Notes under the pieces: model-generated
The model's database searches: none
Seen by the model: the letters and a program-made list of their open reading frames with translations, nothing else
Told to the model about the DNA's origin: nothing
Assembly: GCF_009914755.1 (NCBI RefSeq)
Contig: NC_060933.1
Length of the DNA stretch: 64,000 nucleotides
Reading direction: 5' to 3' (one strand)
Source of the DNA: the human T2T-CHM13v2.0 reference genome, Homo sapiens
Shown here: positions 32,122 to 50,635 of the stretch, in pieces
How positions within the stretch are numbered: position 1 is the stretch's first letter
Layout: each line of letters opens with the position of its first letter
Position numbers and translations under genes: made by a program

Positions 32122-33074
32122 AGACACATGCATGCCTCATTCTTGCCCATCTCCAGCAGGGTCTACCTGTGTCCTGCGGAGGCAGATGTTGGCCCTACCC
32201 TGAAGGGATGTCTGCTGAAGAAAGGACAGTGAACTACATGATGGCAGCAGTTAACACAGAGCAGTAGAACACAAAAACCAACCCATGAGGGCAGTAAGTA
32301 AGCACTTGAAGTCACTCTCTACCATTACAATCTGTGGTTTATTGCATCAAAAAGCAGAAGTAGAACTGTCTTAATAAAAGATAGCCATGAGCAATCAACC
32401 TGTGTTACTGAACTACATTGCCCAAAGCAATGATTCAGTGGACATGTTCAATACCTTAACAGTGGACCTGTAGTAATAACTATACAAGGAGAAAAATAAT
32501 ATATTCAAGAAAGCACAAGTGTTTGAAACCACCTTTATTCAAGTTGGCAAAAAGGGAAAGGGACTGATGTACATAACCCTGTCCAAATGGTTACTGTGGA
32601 TGTTGCATTTACTAGCCTCTCCTTCCACTATCTAGTGTCCTGCTGCTGGCCCAAACAACTACAGGCTGTAAAAAGCATGCTAGACATTGCTGGGTCACCA
32701 AAAAAAGAACCCACAAGCCTACAATGACCTTAAAGCTAGCAAGGCATCTTTGCTTTAATTTTGTAAGGAACTCTGTTTATGTTCATAAGAAGTAGCAATT
32801 ATGCCTGTAGGTTGGCACCGGTCATACATTTTACCTGCAGCTGTGTTGCATTTCATGAGCATGGGAAAGACTATTTGCCCATTTGGGAAAAAATGATTTA
32901 TCTCTGAGGCCACAGCGAAGGGTTAGAGATATACTCAAGCCATCCTAGCTGCACACCAAATGGAGATGACCAAGTGTGTAGCAGCAATAAGCTTCAGTAC
33001 TGACTTGGGAATATGATGTCAGATGCTTTGAGAGAGCAAATCAGTAGTAACACATGTATACACATGTAAAATTT

Positions 33075-33335
33075 GTTAGTAGCCATCAAAATGTGAAGTG
33101 TGCATATGTCTTAAACCCAGTCTTACTTCTAGACATTTTTCTACAAAAATATCCGTGCAAGTATGCAAAATATAAAAGTACAAGTGTACTTACTGTAGAA
33201 GTACTTTCCCTGGCACTGAAACTGTTCATGCAAAACAGAAATTATTGTTTGACAGGAGTACTCTAGAGGGATTTCTGCATCAAATGGTAGATTAGACTTG
33301 ATCATATAAAGTTTCTCCTAATTATAAACTCTACA
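33075..33335 (+). mobile_element. Degraded L1ME-like 3' fragment (~33075-33215) and MIR3-like tail (~33260-33335) inside the GLUD fossil
   Basis: atcaaaatgtgaagtgtgcatatgtcttaaacccag...acttctagacatt (L1M 3' end); agattagacttgatcatataaagtttctcctaattataaactcta (MIR3-like 3' end). Confidence 0.5.
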
Positions 33336-33798
33336 TTCCCTCATTCTTGGGAAGAGGGGAGAGCAACAGCAGCAGCATTAGGAAGAGAGAAGTACAACAA
33401 CAGGAGCAGCAAAGGTGGTAGCAACAGGGAAATGCAGGTACTACAGACAGCAACCCAGTCAGCAGGCTCAAGACAGACAGAAGGAACCATGGCAGGACCA
33501 GTCACTGAGCATGCCAGAAGAAATCGACCCAGCATGGTCCTTGCATGTGTTGTCAACATGTCCCCAGTGGGTCTTTGTATGGTCATGGAAGGTGCTGCAA
33601 GCATATCTTAATGGATGCTTTCAGCATGTTGGCAGAGCTGTCTCTTTAATCACACAGCATAACTGCGATTGCAAACAAACAAAAAATAACAGAATCAACT
33701 GTTGCAACCTTGCAACAGTTGTAGTAAAGACTACATAATTAAATGAGTGGGAGCCAGAAAGAATCCCAGCTCAATGCTGAAATCTGGAAGAAATGAGT

Positions 33799-34152
33799 TG
33801 TATTAGTCTGCTTGTGTTGCCATGACAAAATACCATAGACAAACTTGCTTAAACAAAAGAAATTTATGTTCTCAGAGTTCTGGATGCTGAGAAGTACAAA
33901 AACAAGTTTCCAGCTGATTCAGTTTCTGGTGAAAGCTCCCTTCCTGGCTTGCAGAAGCCCACCTTCTGGTGACATCTTAACAGGGCCCTTACTTGATGGA
34001 TGTGCACCAATTTTATCTGACTAGGACTCCATTTTTTGACCTCATTTAACCTTACTGGCCTCCGGATCCTTGTCTCCAAATACATTCAATTCACAGTGGA
34101 AGTTAAGGCTTTGGCATGGGAATGGGGAAGTGTGACAATGTAGTCCATAACA
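33799..34152 (-). mobile_element. MaLR solo LTR, MLT1A/B type
   Basis: tgtattagtctgcttgtgttgccatgacaaaataccatagac...gcttaaacaaaagaaatttat...agttctggatgctgagaagt...agtccataaca; TG...CA ends. Confidence 0.85.
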
Positions 34153-34281
34153 GAAAAAAAGAATAAAAAATTCCCAGCAGGAGGAATTCCCTTCCCCATA
34201 GGAGGGGTTAAAGCCACTGCAGGAGAGGGGAAGAAAAGTCAATTTGAAAATCATTCTCACACTCAACCTTAGCTAGCCATG

Positions 34282-34667
34282 TGTGGTGGTTAATACTGAG
34301 TGTCAACTTGATTGAACTGAAGGAGGCAAAATATTGATTCTGGGTGTGTCTGTGAGGATGTTGCCAAAGAAGATTAACATTTGAGTCACTAGGCTGGGAA
34401 AGGCAGACCCACCCTTAATCTGGGTGAACACCATATAATCAGCTGCCACCAGGGCCTGAATATAAAGCAGGCAGAAAAATGTGAAAAGGCTAGACTGCCT
34501 TAGCCTCCCAGCCTACATCGTTCTCCCATGCTGGTTGCTTTCTGCCCTCAAACACGGGATTCCAAGTTCTTCAGCTTTGGGACTTGGACTGGCTTCCTTG
34601 CCCCTCAGCTTGCAGACAACGAATTGTGGGACCTTGTGATTGTGTAAGTTAACACTCCTTATTGAAC

Positions 34668-34733
<66 letters not shown>

Positions 34734-35070
34734 GACTCCTATATATACAGGAGTTTATATATATATATATATCTAGGAGTTTATATATACATATAGGAGT
34801 ATATATATGTATCTATATAGGAGCATGTATTTATATATATACATACTATATACATATATACATACTATATACATATATATACATATACACATACTATATA
34901 TACATACTATATATACACATACATATGCATACTATATACATACTATATATACATACATATATATGTGTATATATAGATGTATATACATATACACACATAT
35001 ACTCCTATATATAATCTCCTATATATAAATCCTATATAACTCATATATATATCATATATGTCCTATATAA

Positions 35071-35119
<49 letters not shown>

Positions 35120-35157
35120 TATTAGTTCTGTCCCTCTAGAGAACCCTGACTAATACA
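34282..35157 (+). mobile_element. ERVL solo LTR MLT2A with expanded internal (TA/CA)n tract
   Basis: tgtggtggttaatactgagtgtcaacttgattg...cctattagttctgtccctctagagaaccctgactaataca. Perfect 5-bp TSD CCATG at 34277-34281 and 35158-35162. Confidence 0.93.
34670..35117. repeat. Compound (TA)n/(CA)n/(TATAC)-type microsatellite, ~450 bp
   Basis: Seen directly; source of the spurious YI/HT-repeat ORFs. Confidence 0.95.
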
Positions 35158-36029
35158 CCATGGAACTACTAGAGAAGACTACAAGGAAAAAGGTACTGCA
35201 GTACAGGGCCAGCAGACACTGCTCCTATCCCTACAAAAGCACCCACTGCAAAGACCCACTGCAAAGCAGTATAACACATCTGAGGTAGTGGAGAAGAGCC
35301 AATCTACAACTAGTTCAGATTCTTCAAGAGCCCTAGTACAAAAAAATCTTTCTTGAGAAAATTTAAAGCCAATCGTACTACAAAATCAGTCATTGCAACA
35401 CAAAGTGGAGAGATGGACATGTCTAAGATTGTTAAAGGAACAATATGGAAGTCATCGTGAAGAAAAAAGAGTGAAAGGCTGAGGTCCCTGGTGCTATGAT
35501 AACTTAGACCAAGAAGATCGTTACCTTTGAAGCCTGTTAAATAGGAAAACGAGCAGGAAGTTCTAATAGTGACTAGGGTTCAGGGAAGTATTTTAAGACA
35601 GCCGATTTCAGCTTTCTTGACACAATTTAAATTTCATAAAAATGAAATGCTCTCTTCTGTTTGAATTTTTATGTCCCCAAATCTAGTAGTGATTTCTTAG
35701 TAGCTTCTGTGATTTCAACTATGCTGTAGCCTGAGTCTCTAATCTCCAAGTGCAGCCCCACCTCACACCTATACCCAACAGAGACAATATCAATGATTTT
35801 CTTTGTCTTATTCTCTTTCTGGCTTTGGTCTCTCAAAACTATGTCTGAAAAAAGTCCAGATTTCAGGCTAGAAGGAACCATTACCTCTTTCTTTTCATTT
35901 TCCTCTCCTTTTCTTTCTTTTTATTAAAGGTTCCTGAACATAGATATTTAGCCAAGGCTATAAACCAAGCAAAAATATTCAGGGGAGAGAGAAGGATGCA
36001 GCAGATTTTGATGGCAATCAGAGTTGACA

Positions 36030-36550
36030 ACTCTTATCATCTAGGCCTAGCAATCCCACCCATTGGTTATAATATAGAGAAACTCTCAAATATGTTCTAG
36101 GAGACAACAATCTTTACAGCAAAATAATCTGTAATGACAAAATACTATAAACATTCCTTAATGTCCATCAAAAGAAGCATAGATGAATTTAGACATATGC
36201 ATATGGTGAAATACTATACAAATGTGAAAATGAATAATAAAAATGGATATTAGTGTAGATGATTCTCATATAATATTGAATTTACAAAAAGCAAATCACC
36301 AAACACGTTATAGTCATATCATAAAATAAGTCAAGAACAACACCAATTATATTTTTGAGTACATATTTATTAAAATTATAGAAAAATGCAAGAGAATGGT
36401 ATATACAAAATCTAGCTAGTGGTTTTCTCTTGACTGAAAGGAAAGAGATGTGATCAGGGAGGAATATATAGGAACTTTGATAGTATTGAGAATTGTTCTA
36501 TTTTTTAAGCAAGATGATGGGTACACAGGAGTTTATGTTTATATTATTTT
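36030..36550 (+). mobile_element. L1ME-type 3' end fragment
   Basis: cctagcaatcccacccattggttat, aatgtccatcaaaagaagcatagatgaa, aaaagcaaatcac, gatgatgggtacacaggagtt. Confidence 0.75.
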
Positions 36551-36556
36551 ACTTCC

Positions 36557-36663
36557 TTTTTGAAACAATGTCTTGTCATTTTGCCCAGGGTGGTCTTGAA
36601 CTACTGAGCTTTAGCAATCCTCCCAAGTAGCTGAGATTACAGGTACAAGGCATCACACCCAGT
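36557..36663 (-). mobile_element. FLAM-type Alu monomer
   Basis: tttttgaaac...ttgcccagggtggtcttgaactactgagc...caagtagctgagattacagg...cacacccag. Confidence 0.75.
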
Positions 36664-36664
36664 T

Positions 36665-36745
36665 ATTTCACATTTTAACATCTTTGAAATCAGAATGGTC
36701 TTTAAGATCACTGTCAACCAGATGGCAGTTGGGATGTAGTTATTA
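36665..36745. mobile_element. Tc2/Kanga (MER104-like) DNA transposon fragment
   Basis: tttcacattttaacatctttgaaatcagaatg resembles the remembered MER104/Kanga sequence. Confidence 0.4.
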
Positions 36746-36872
36746 CATTAGATTCCTCAACCAATTTATTTTACTTACATTTTCTTCTCATGTTTTCACA
36801 AGAATGAAATGTGACAAAAATGTTTGAAGAACTATTTTAATAAATATAAAAAAAATTCTAAGTAACAAAATT

Positions 36873-38535
36873 TGACTATTTAAAGAGAAAATAATAATAT
36901 GTATTACAGGGCTTAATACATATATGGATGTAAAATATATGACAGCAATAACACAAATGATGGGAAGGAGTAAAAGTAAGTATATTATTATATGGCTTTT
37001 CCATGATACTTGAAATAGAATCATACTAATTCAAAGTAGACTAAAGTAAGCTTTTGAAGCATATTATAATCTCCTAAGACAATTATTCAATGTTTTTTAA
37101 ATTTTGCTTACTAAAAAGGCAAAAAAGAAGAAGAGATAGAATTGAACAAAAATCCTTAATAAAAAATCAAGGGAAAGAGGACAAATAAGAGATATTTTAA
37201 AGAGAAAACACAGTAAAATGGTAGAGCCAATGGTAACCATATCAATTATTACATTGAAAGTAAATGTATTAAACACTATAGAACTATAATTAAAAAGCAG
37301 ACTGGATAAAAAGCAAGATTCCACTGTATTATGTTTACAAGAATCTAAACATAAAGACACAAATAAGGTAAAGGTAAAAAGACAGAAAATGATACACCAT
37401 GAAAACAGTACGTATAAGAAAGTTAAAGTACCTATATTAATACTAGACAAAAATAATTTACAAAACACCAGATTGACACATGTGAAATAGAAAATCTGAA
37501 TATCCTAATATTTTGTATTCATACGCACTGAATATTCATTGAAAGACATTCCATTCAACTGATAGTAAAAAACCTTTCATGAAAATAATTGCAGACACAT
37601 ATGTCTTCGTTGGTTATTTATTTATATCAAACATTTAAAGAAGAAATAATGTCAATCTTACACAAACTCTTTCATGAAATAGGGGAGAAAAACATTTTCA
37701 ACTCATTTTATGAGACCAATATTACCCTGATGCTTAAAAAAAGAAAAACAGACAAGGATAACACAAAAATTACAACTAACTTCACAAAGAGAAACACAAA
37801 AATCTTTCACAATATACGATCAAAACAAATTTAGCAATTTGTAAAAGGAATAATAAAATCACAACTAATTGAGTTTAAACTTATGAAAACCTGTCAGTGT
37901 AATTTACTGTGTTAATAATATGAAAGAGAATACTGTAAGACCATTTCAATGGGAACAGATGAAAAATAGCTGACAAAATTTAACACCTGCTCATGATAAA
38001 AACTTTTAGCAAACTAGGAATGGAGAAAAACTTACATGATTAAAAAAAATCTTTTTAAACAAACCTTAATTATGAAGAGCTGAATGCTTTTTACCCAAGA
38101 TTAGGAATAGGCCAAGGATATCTATTCTCCCACTTTTATTCAACACTGTTCTAACCTATTCAATAAGGCAAAAACAAAACATTAGAAGCAATAGATAGGA
38201 AAGAATCAAAATTGCTCTGTTTGTACATAATGGGATTCAATATATAGAAAATACTAAGGATTTCAGAAATCAAATACCAGATTAAATAAGTGAATTTTAC
38301 AAAGTCACAGAATAAAAAGTTAATGTGAAATACCAATTATATTTATCTATGCTATCAAGAAAAATGGAGATTAAAATTAAACAATGTCATTTACAGTAAA
38401 AATAGAAAGTATTATTGGAAAATTGTAATGAAGGATGTGAAACACCTACTTCTACTTAAAACAGCAAACACTATCAGTAGAAAGCAAAGGCCTAAATATA
38501 TGGACAATTACACTGTTTCTGGATTCGAAGACTCA
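36873..38535 (+). mobile_element. L1MC/L1MD-type element, inter-ORF and ORF2 part (right half of the split element), internal deletion near 37470
   Basis: Begins tgactatttaaagagaaaataataatatgtatt, the continuation of the sequence ending at 32121. ORF2 remnants e.g. [10 protein letters not shown] (37589-37834). Confidence 0.8.
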
Positions 38536-46793
<8,258 letters not shown>

Positions 46794-46879
46794 CCCATTA
46801 ATATTTATTTTTGAGTTTTCCTACAGCTTTTTCAGTATATAAGTAAATTTTATTTGACCAATTATAAATAGCTAGAGAA

Positions 46880-47190
46880 TTGGGATATTTACAATGTTTT
46901 TCATAATTATTAAAATGTTTAAGGAACATCTTCAGGTATAAAATATTTGCAGTATATTTGACTATTTACTTAGGAAAAACTTTTAGAGAATTTTACGAAG
47001 CTGAAGAGTATCAACTATTCAAACTTTTAAATATATACTGCCAGATGAATGCTCAAAACCTTTGATCAAATTTAATTCCATCAACAGGCCAATGGTTTGC
47101 AAATCTTATTATTCACACCTTGACTGATGCTAAATGTTATGTTTTTGATCTTTGATTATCTGATGAATGGAAATATTACATGGTGCATGA
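46880..47190 (-). mobile_element. L1ME-like 3' fragment
   Basis: aatatatactgccagatgaatgctcaaaa...aatttaattccatcaacag...acaccttgactgatgct. Confidence 0.5.
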
Positions 47191-47944
47191 ACTCTTTCTA
47201 ACTTTATAAAACAAAGGTACTCATGACCTCACCTAGAGACCGTAAAGCATTTATCAGATGACCTGTTCAAAGACCACACACAGTTGCCATTAACAGATAC
47301 ATATGGTATGAGAAAAATCCATGGGAAACAGGCTTTGCTGGAAAATATATTATTACAAAATGAAGCTGCCAGCCTCCCTTTCTGATCTTCCCTTCATTAC
47401 TGTATACATTTATCTTGGTCATAAATATTTACAGGACAAGACTAGCACAAATAAGTGAATATGCATGGATAGGTCAATAACATTTTAAGTAAGGTTATGT
47501 CAGGTTATTAGCTCTCCACTCAGGGTCATTTTCTTCTACAAACACACCCTTTCTCTATTCTTTGCCTAAATGAAGATAACCACAAAGCAGCACCTTTTCA
47601 GTTTGGTGAGATTTATTTCACTAAGGCAGAGGACTACTCCAACTCTTCCCAAGATAGACAGGGATAAATGGAACCACATGCTTCACAGGAATATGGTCAG
47701 ATCTACATAGCCAGCTGTGAAAGTGACAGTAATAACAACAGGTACTTAAATGGAGCTTCCTATAAAGGAATATACCGCATCTTCCCGGCATTATTTTTCA
47801 CACAGTTTATGCTTTCATTTTCTTCTCTGTGTTAGTAATATATCCAACTCATAGAATATAGTAAAATAGGTAGAATGTGGAGGCTTTAGCCAAGTATCTC
47901 CATCACTAGCTCTATCACAATCTCCCAATTCATCACAAATAACT

Positions 47945-48120
47945 GCATATTATAAGCAGAAAAAAAAATTTCATGAAGCTCATGAAGCCTGAACTTCACC
48001 TGCATGTAGTCCTTCTAAGCCCTCTGCTTAATTTTGTAATTCTAATTTTGTTCTTTTTCCTAAAAAAAATTTCAAAATTTATATAACTGTGAGCCCCACA
48101 AAACCTGGACCTGATGCTCA
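47945..48120. mobile_element. MER53-like hAT MITE
   Basis: taattttgtaattctaattttgttctttttcctaaa...gccccacaaaacctggacctgatg. Confidence 0.55.
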
Positions 48121-48394
48121 GTACTATAAATTTAAATCTACACTCTTATTATGCAAACACGGCTTTAAAAACATTTTCAAAAGAACACTCCATATTCTCA
48201 TGGGATTTTTGTACCTGAAACTGCTATTTTATAAATCTTGGAACTATTACTTATAGCATCCCCATGTTTAAAAAGCAGCCGCTATCATTTGTGTTTTAGG
48301 AAAAATATAATTTCTCAATTTTAGAGTACTATATGGCTTCAAAATAAATTATGAGTCAAGTCTCTTGCACATATGGATATAAATTCTGTTCATC

Positions 48395-48530
48395 ATACTA
48401 AGTTAGAGCTGGAAGGATCTGAGATATCATTGAGAGTATGTCTTTCATTCCTAAATGAGAAAATCAAAGCCATGGGAGGCAAATTAATTGTCCAAGATTA
48501 TCTGACAAGACCACACTAGATCCTTTCAGG
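48395..48530 (-). mobile_element. MIR/MIR3 fragment
   Basis: ttagagctggaaggatctgagatatcat...aaatgagaaaatcaaagcc...ttgtccaagatt. Confidence 0.6.
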
Positions 48531-49179
48531 CCTGTCATAGAGTTCTAGGAGTAAAAGGCATGTACAAATATTATCTCCATGCACAATTTGCCTTTCTGAT
48601 CCTTCCCACATGCCTTAATGAGAAACAATGATAATAGTATTATTTTGGATTGCAAAGGCAGGAGACATGTTGGGAATTAGAGTGCAAGGAGCTAATGATT
48701 TCTCTAAAAAGGTCAACACTTTTCCAGAAATAATCTGACTTAGTAGAGTCAATAGGGCCTCTAAAATAAAAAGGCTCAGGACATTGCTATTGATAGTCTC
48801 TGAATCACTAATTTGTTTTTGTACAATGGTTATGCATATGCACCCAAAGGAGCTAGAACATGTAAATAAGTTAAAATAAATCCCATGGATTTATTCAGTT
48901 TGAACACATATGCTCCTTGTTATGATCAAATTAATGAGTTGTCTTGCATTTGTATTATGGTGACTCTGATACTGTTTCCAGGTGTTGGGTTGCATTGAGC
49001 AATTACCATTTTTTTGTTCTAAGCCACAATTCAAAGTGAAGCAGCAAGTTCATTTTGAGCTTGCTTAAATTACTTCCTGATAACACATCAAGTGTTAAGG
49101 TAGATAACCTGCTAAGGTTTTATTTAGCTACAGCTTTGTGCCAAGCATTGCCCTACGCAGGAAGACGAAAAAGTCATAC

Positions 49180-49360
49180 AGGTAAAAAATTGGAATTTGG
49201 AGACTGATCTGAATAAAAATTCTCCACGTACTATTGTATGAAATTTAGCAAATTACTTAGTTTCTTTCTATTCTAGCTCCCATGGAAAATGGAAAAAATG
49301 TGTATATCTCTTAAGGTTGTTGTAAGGGTAATGAACATAAAATATCAGGCACAGAGTAAG
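49180..49360 (+). mobile_element. MIR fragment
   Basis: ggaatttggagactgatctgaa...gcaaattacttagtttct...ggttgttgtaagggtaatg...ggcacagagtaag. Confidence 0.55.
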
Positions 49361-50424
49361 AAGATTCTGCCTCTACATCACTGTCACCATTAGCCAAGCT
49401 TCAGTCTCCTAAAAAAAAGGAGAAATTAGTTCATTATTCCTCATATGTTATAGAGATGCCCCCTTTTCCACTTGAGGGGAAAAAAAAGCAAGTTCACTAA
49501 AGTCCTAGTCTTCACATTGATTCAAGTTATAACATTGAAAAAATATATAGCATGCTGCATTTATGACCCTGCGACCATCTGTGAAATTAAATAACACTCT
49601 GAGAAAAGTGTTGTTGATTGCGCTTGAGTATTTTTCCCATAAGTTCTATTTAGACAGAAACTTTCTACTGTATCATAATTTTTTTAAGATGCAACTTTTA
49701 AATCCAACCCATCCTGCGGCATACTCTTCCCAAATTCTAATCTCACCTAAATGATACTTAGAAAATAATTATTTTCTAAAATGAGATAAACTTTTATCTC
49801 TCCTATTGAGAGCACAATTTTTCAATTTTTAGGAAGTCCACAAAAGTCTACATTTAAATTTTTTTCTTTCTATTCTTTGAGCTGTCTAAAAAGATAAATG
49901 GAGGTAATTTGAAGACAAGAAAATTGTAGGTTTAGCACAAATACAGGGAAATTTACTATTAAAACTGACTAATTATATGTAGCCTCCACATATCCTTTTA
50001 GCTTATTCCTATTTTAATAGCAATTTTCTTGTTAAGTAATTGCCTAGGTCTGTTCTCTCTCTCCAGATGAATGTGTCTAGGTATTGATGACTGATAAGAT
50101 AATGAAGACAGTAAGACAAGTGGAGATGGGAAACTCATTCATGTCCCTAGTACCTATTACTTTGATATTCATACTGTGTTTATATATTATACAGATCAAG
50201 ATACTCAAAACTGTCAAACTAGCTGGTGTGTTTATAGCCAGATTCAAAAGGATGTCAGAATAAAGCAGTAACACTAACATAGCAAATATTTTTCCCAAAA
50301 TGTCTTATGAAACAATGTTTGTAAAAATCCAAATTTGTAATTTGAGGAGAAATTGAAAAAAAGAATTAGGTCTACTTCTCCAGAAAAATTTATACTACAT
50401 ACATATTTTTATGACTAAGATTCT

Positions 50425-50635
50425 AGAGTTAGAAAAAAAAAGTTTGAATTTCAGAGTCACCAGCTACAGAATCATGGAAAATATACCTATTCTTTTTCTT
50501 CAGTTTCCTCATCTGTAAAATAGGAATAATAATTCTATTAACTTTATATAGTTGTTGGAATTCAAAGAGTGATTGCAAATACAATAATTAGTACAGTACT
50601 TGACACTAACAGATGTTATCTTTTATTATAATTAT
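50425..50635 (+). mobile_element. MIR fragment
   Basis: cttcagtttcctcatctgtaaaataggaataataat (MIR core). Confidence 0.7.

Larger units (their letters stand above)
32128..35576 (+). pseudogene. Highly diverged, full-length glutamate dehydrogenase (GLUD1-like) retro-pseudogene, interrupted by repeats
   Basis: Manual translation against remembered human GLUD1 gives colinear motifs. LCPAEADVGPTLKGCLLKKGQ ~ LGSASADSAALLGWARGQ (leader, to 32229). SNQPVLLNYIAQSNDS ~ CNHVLSLSFPIRRDDGS (from 32390). SK/VTVDVAF ~ YKCAVVDVPF (to 32610). TLKLA ~ TMELA (32727-32741). VGTG ~ MSTG (32811-32822). GKTICPFGKK*FISEATAKG ~ GKPISQGGIHGRISATGRG (32864-32923). *LGNMMSDALR ~ GFGNVGLHSMR (33001-33033). AKVVATG ~ AKCIAVG (33409-33429). 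DQSLSMPEEIDP ~ DGSIWNPDGIDP (33496-33531). KQTKNN ~ KQLTKSN (33673-33690). AGG/GGV..SQFE ~ AGGVTVSYFE (34177-34248). LLLSLQ ~ LLMSVQ (35219-35236). KPIV..VER ~ KDIV..MER (35366-35413). N-E-AG then stop ~ NEAGVTFT* (35548-35576). Many stops and frameshifts. Confidence 0.8.

Noticed and set aside
32434-32550. FSGHVQYLNSGPVV and IQVG resembling NME1/NME2 nucleoside diphosphate kinase
   Set aside because: The two motifs are in different frames with wrong spacing and no HGSD. The GLUD alignment explains the region over a far longer colinear span.
32765-32900. Apparent degenerate RING finger (C..PV..GHTF..CP)
   Set aside because: Needs several frameshifts, lacks most Cys ligands, and overlaps the stronger GDH motifs VGTG and GKxI...ISxATxxG.
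32124-33061. acacatgcatgc / acacatgtatac as a TSD around a 0.9-kb insert
   Set aside because: GLUD homology continues to 35576 and there is no poly(A) at 33050; probably a chance low-complexity match.
34513-35028. YI/HT/CV-repeat ORFs
   Set aside because: Translations of TA/CA microsatellite.
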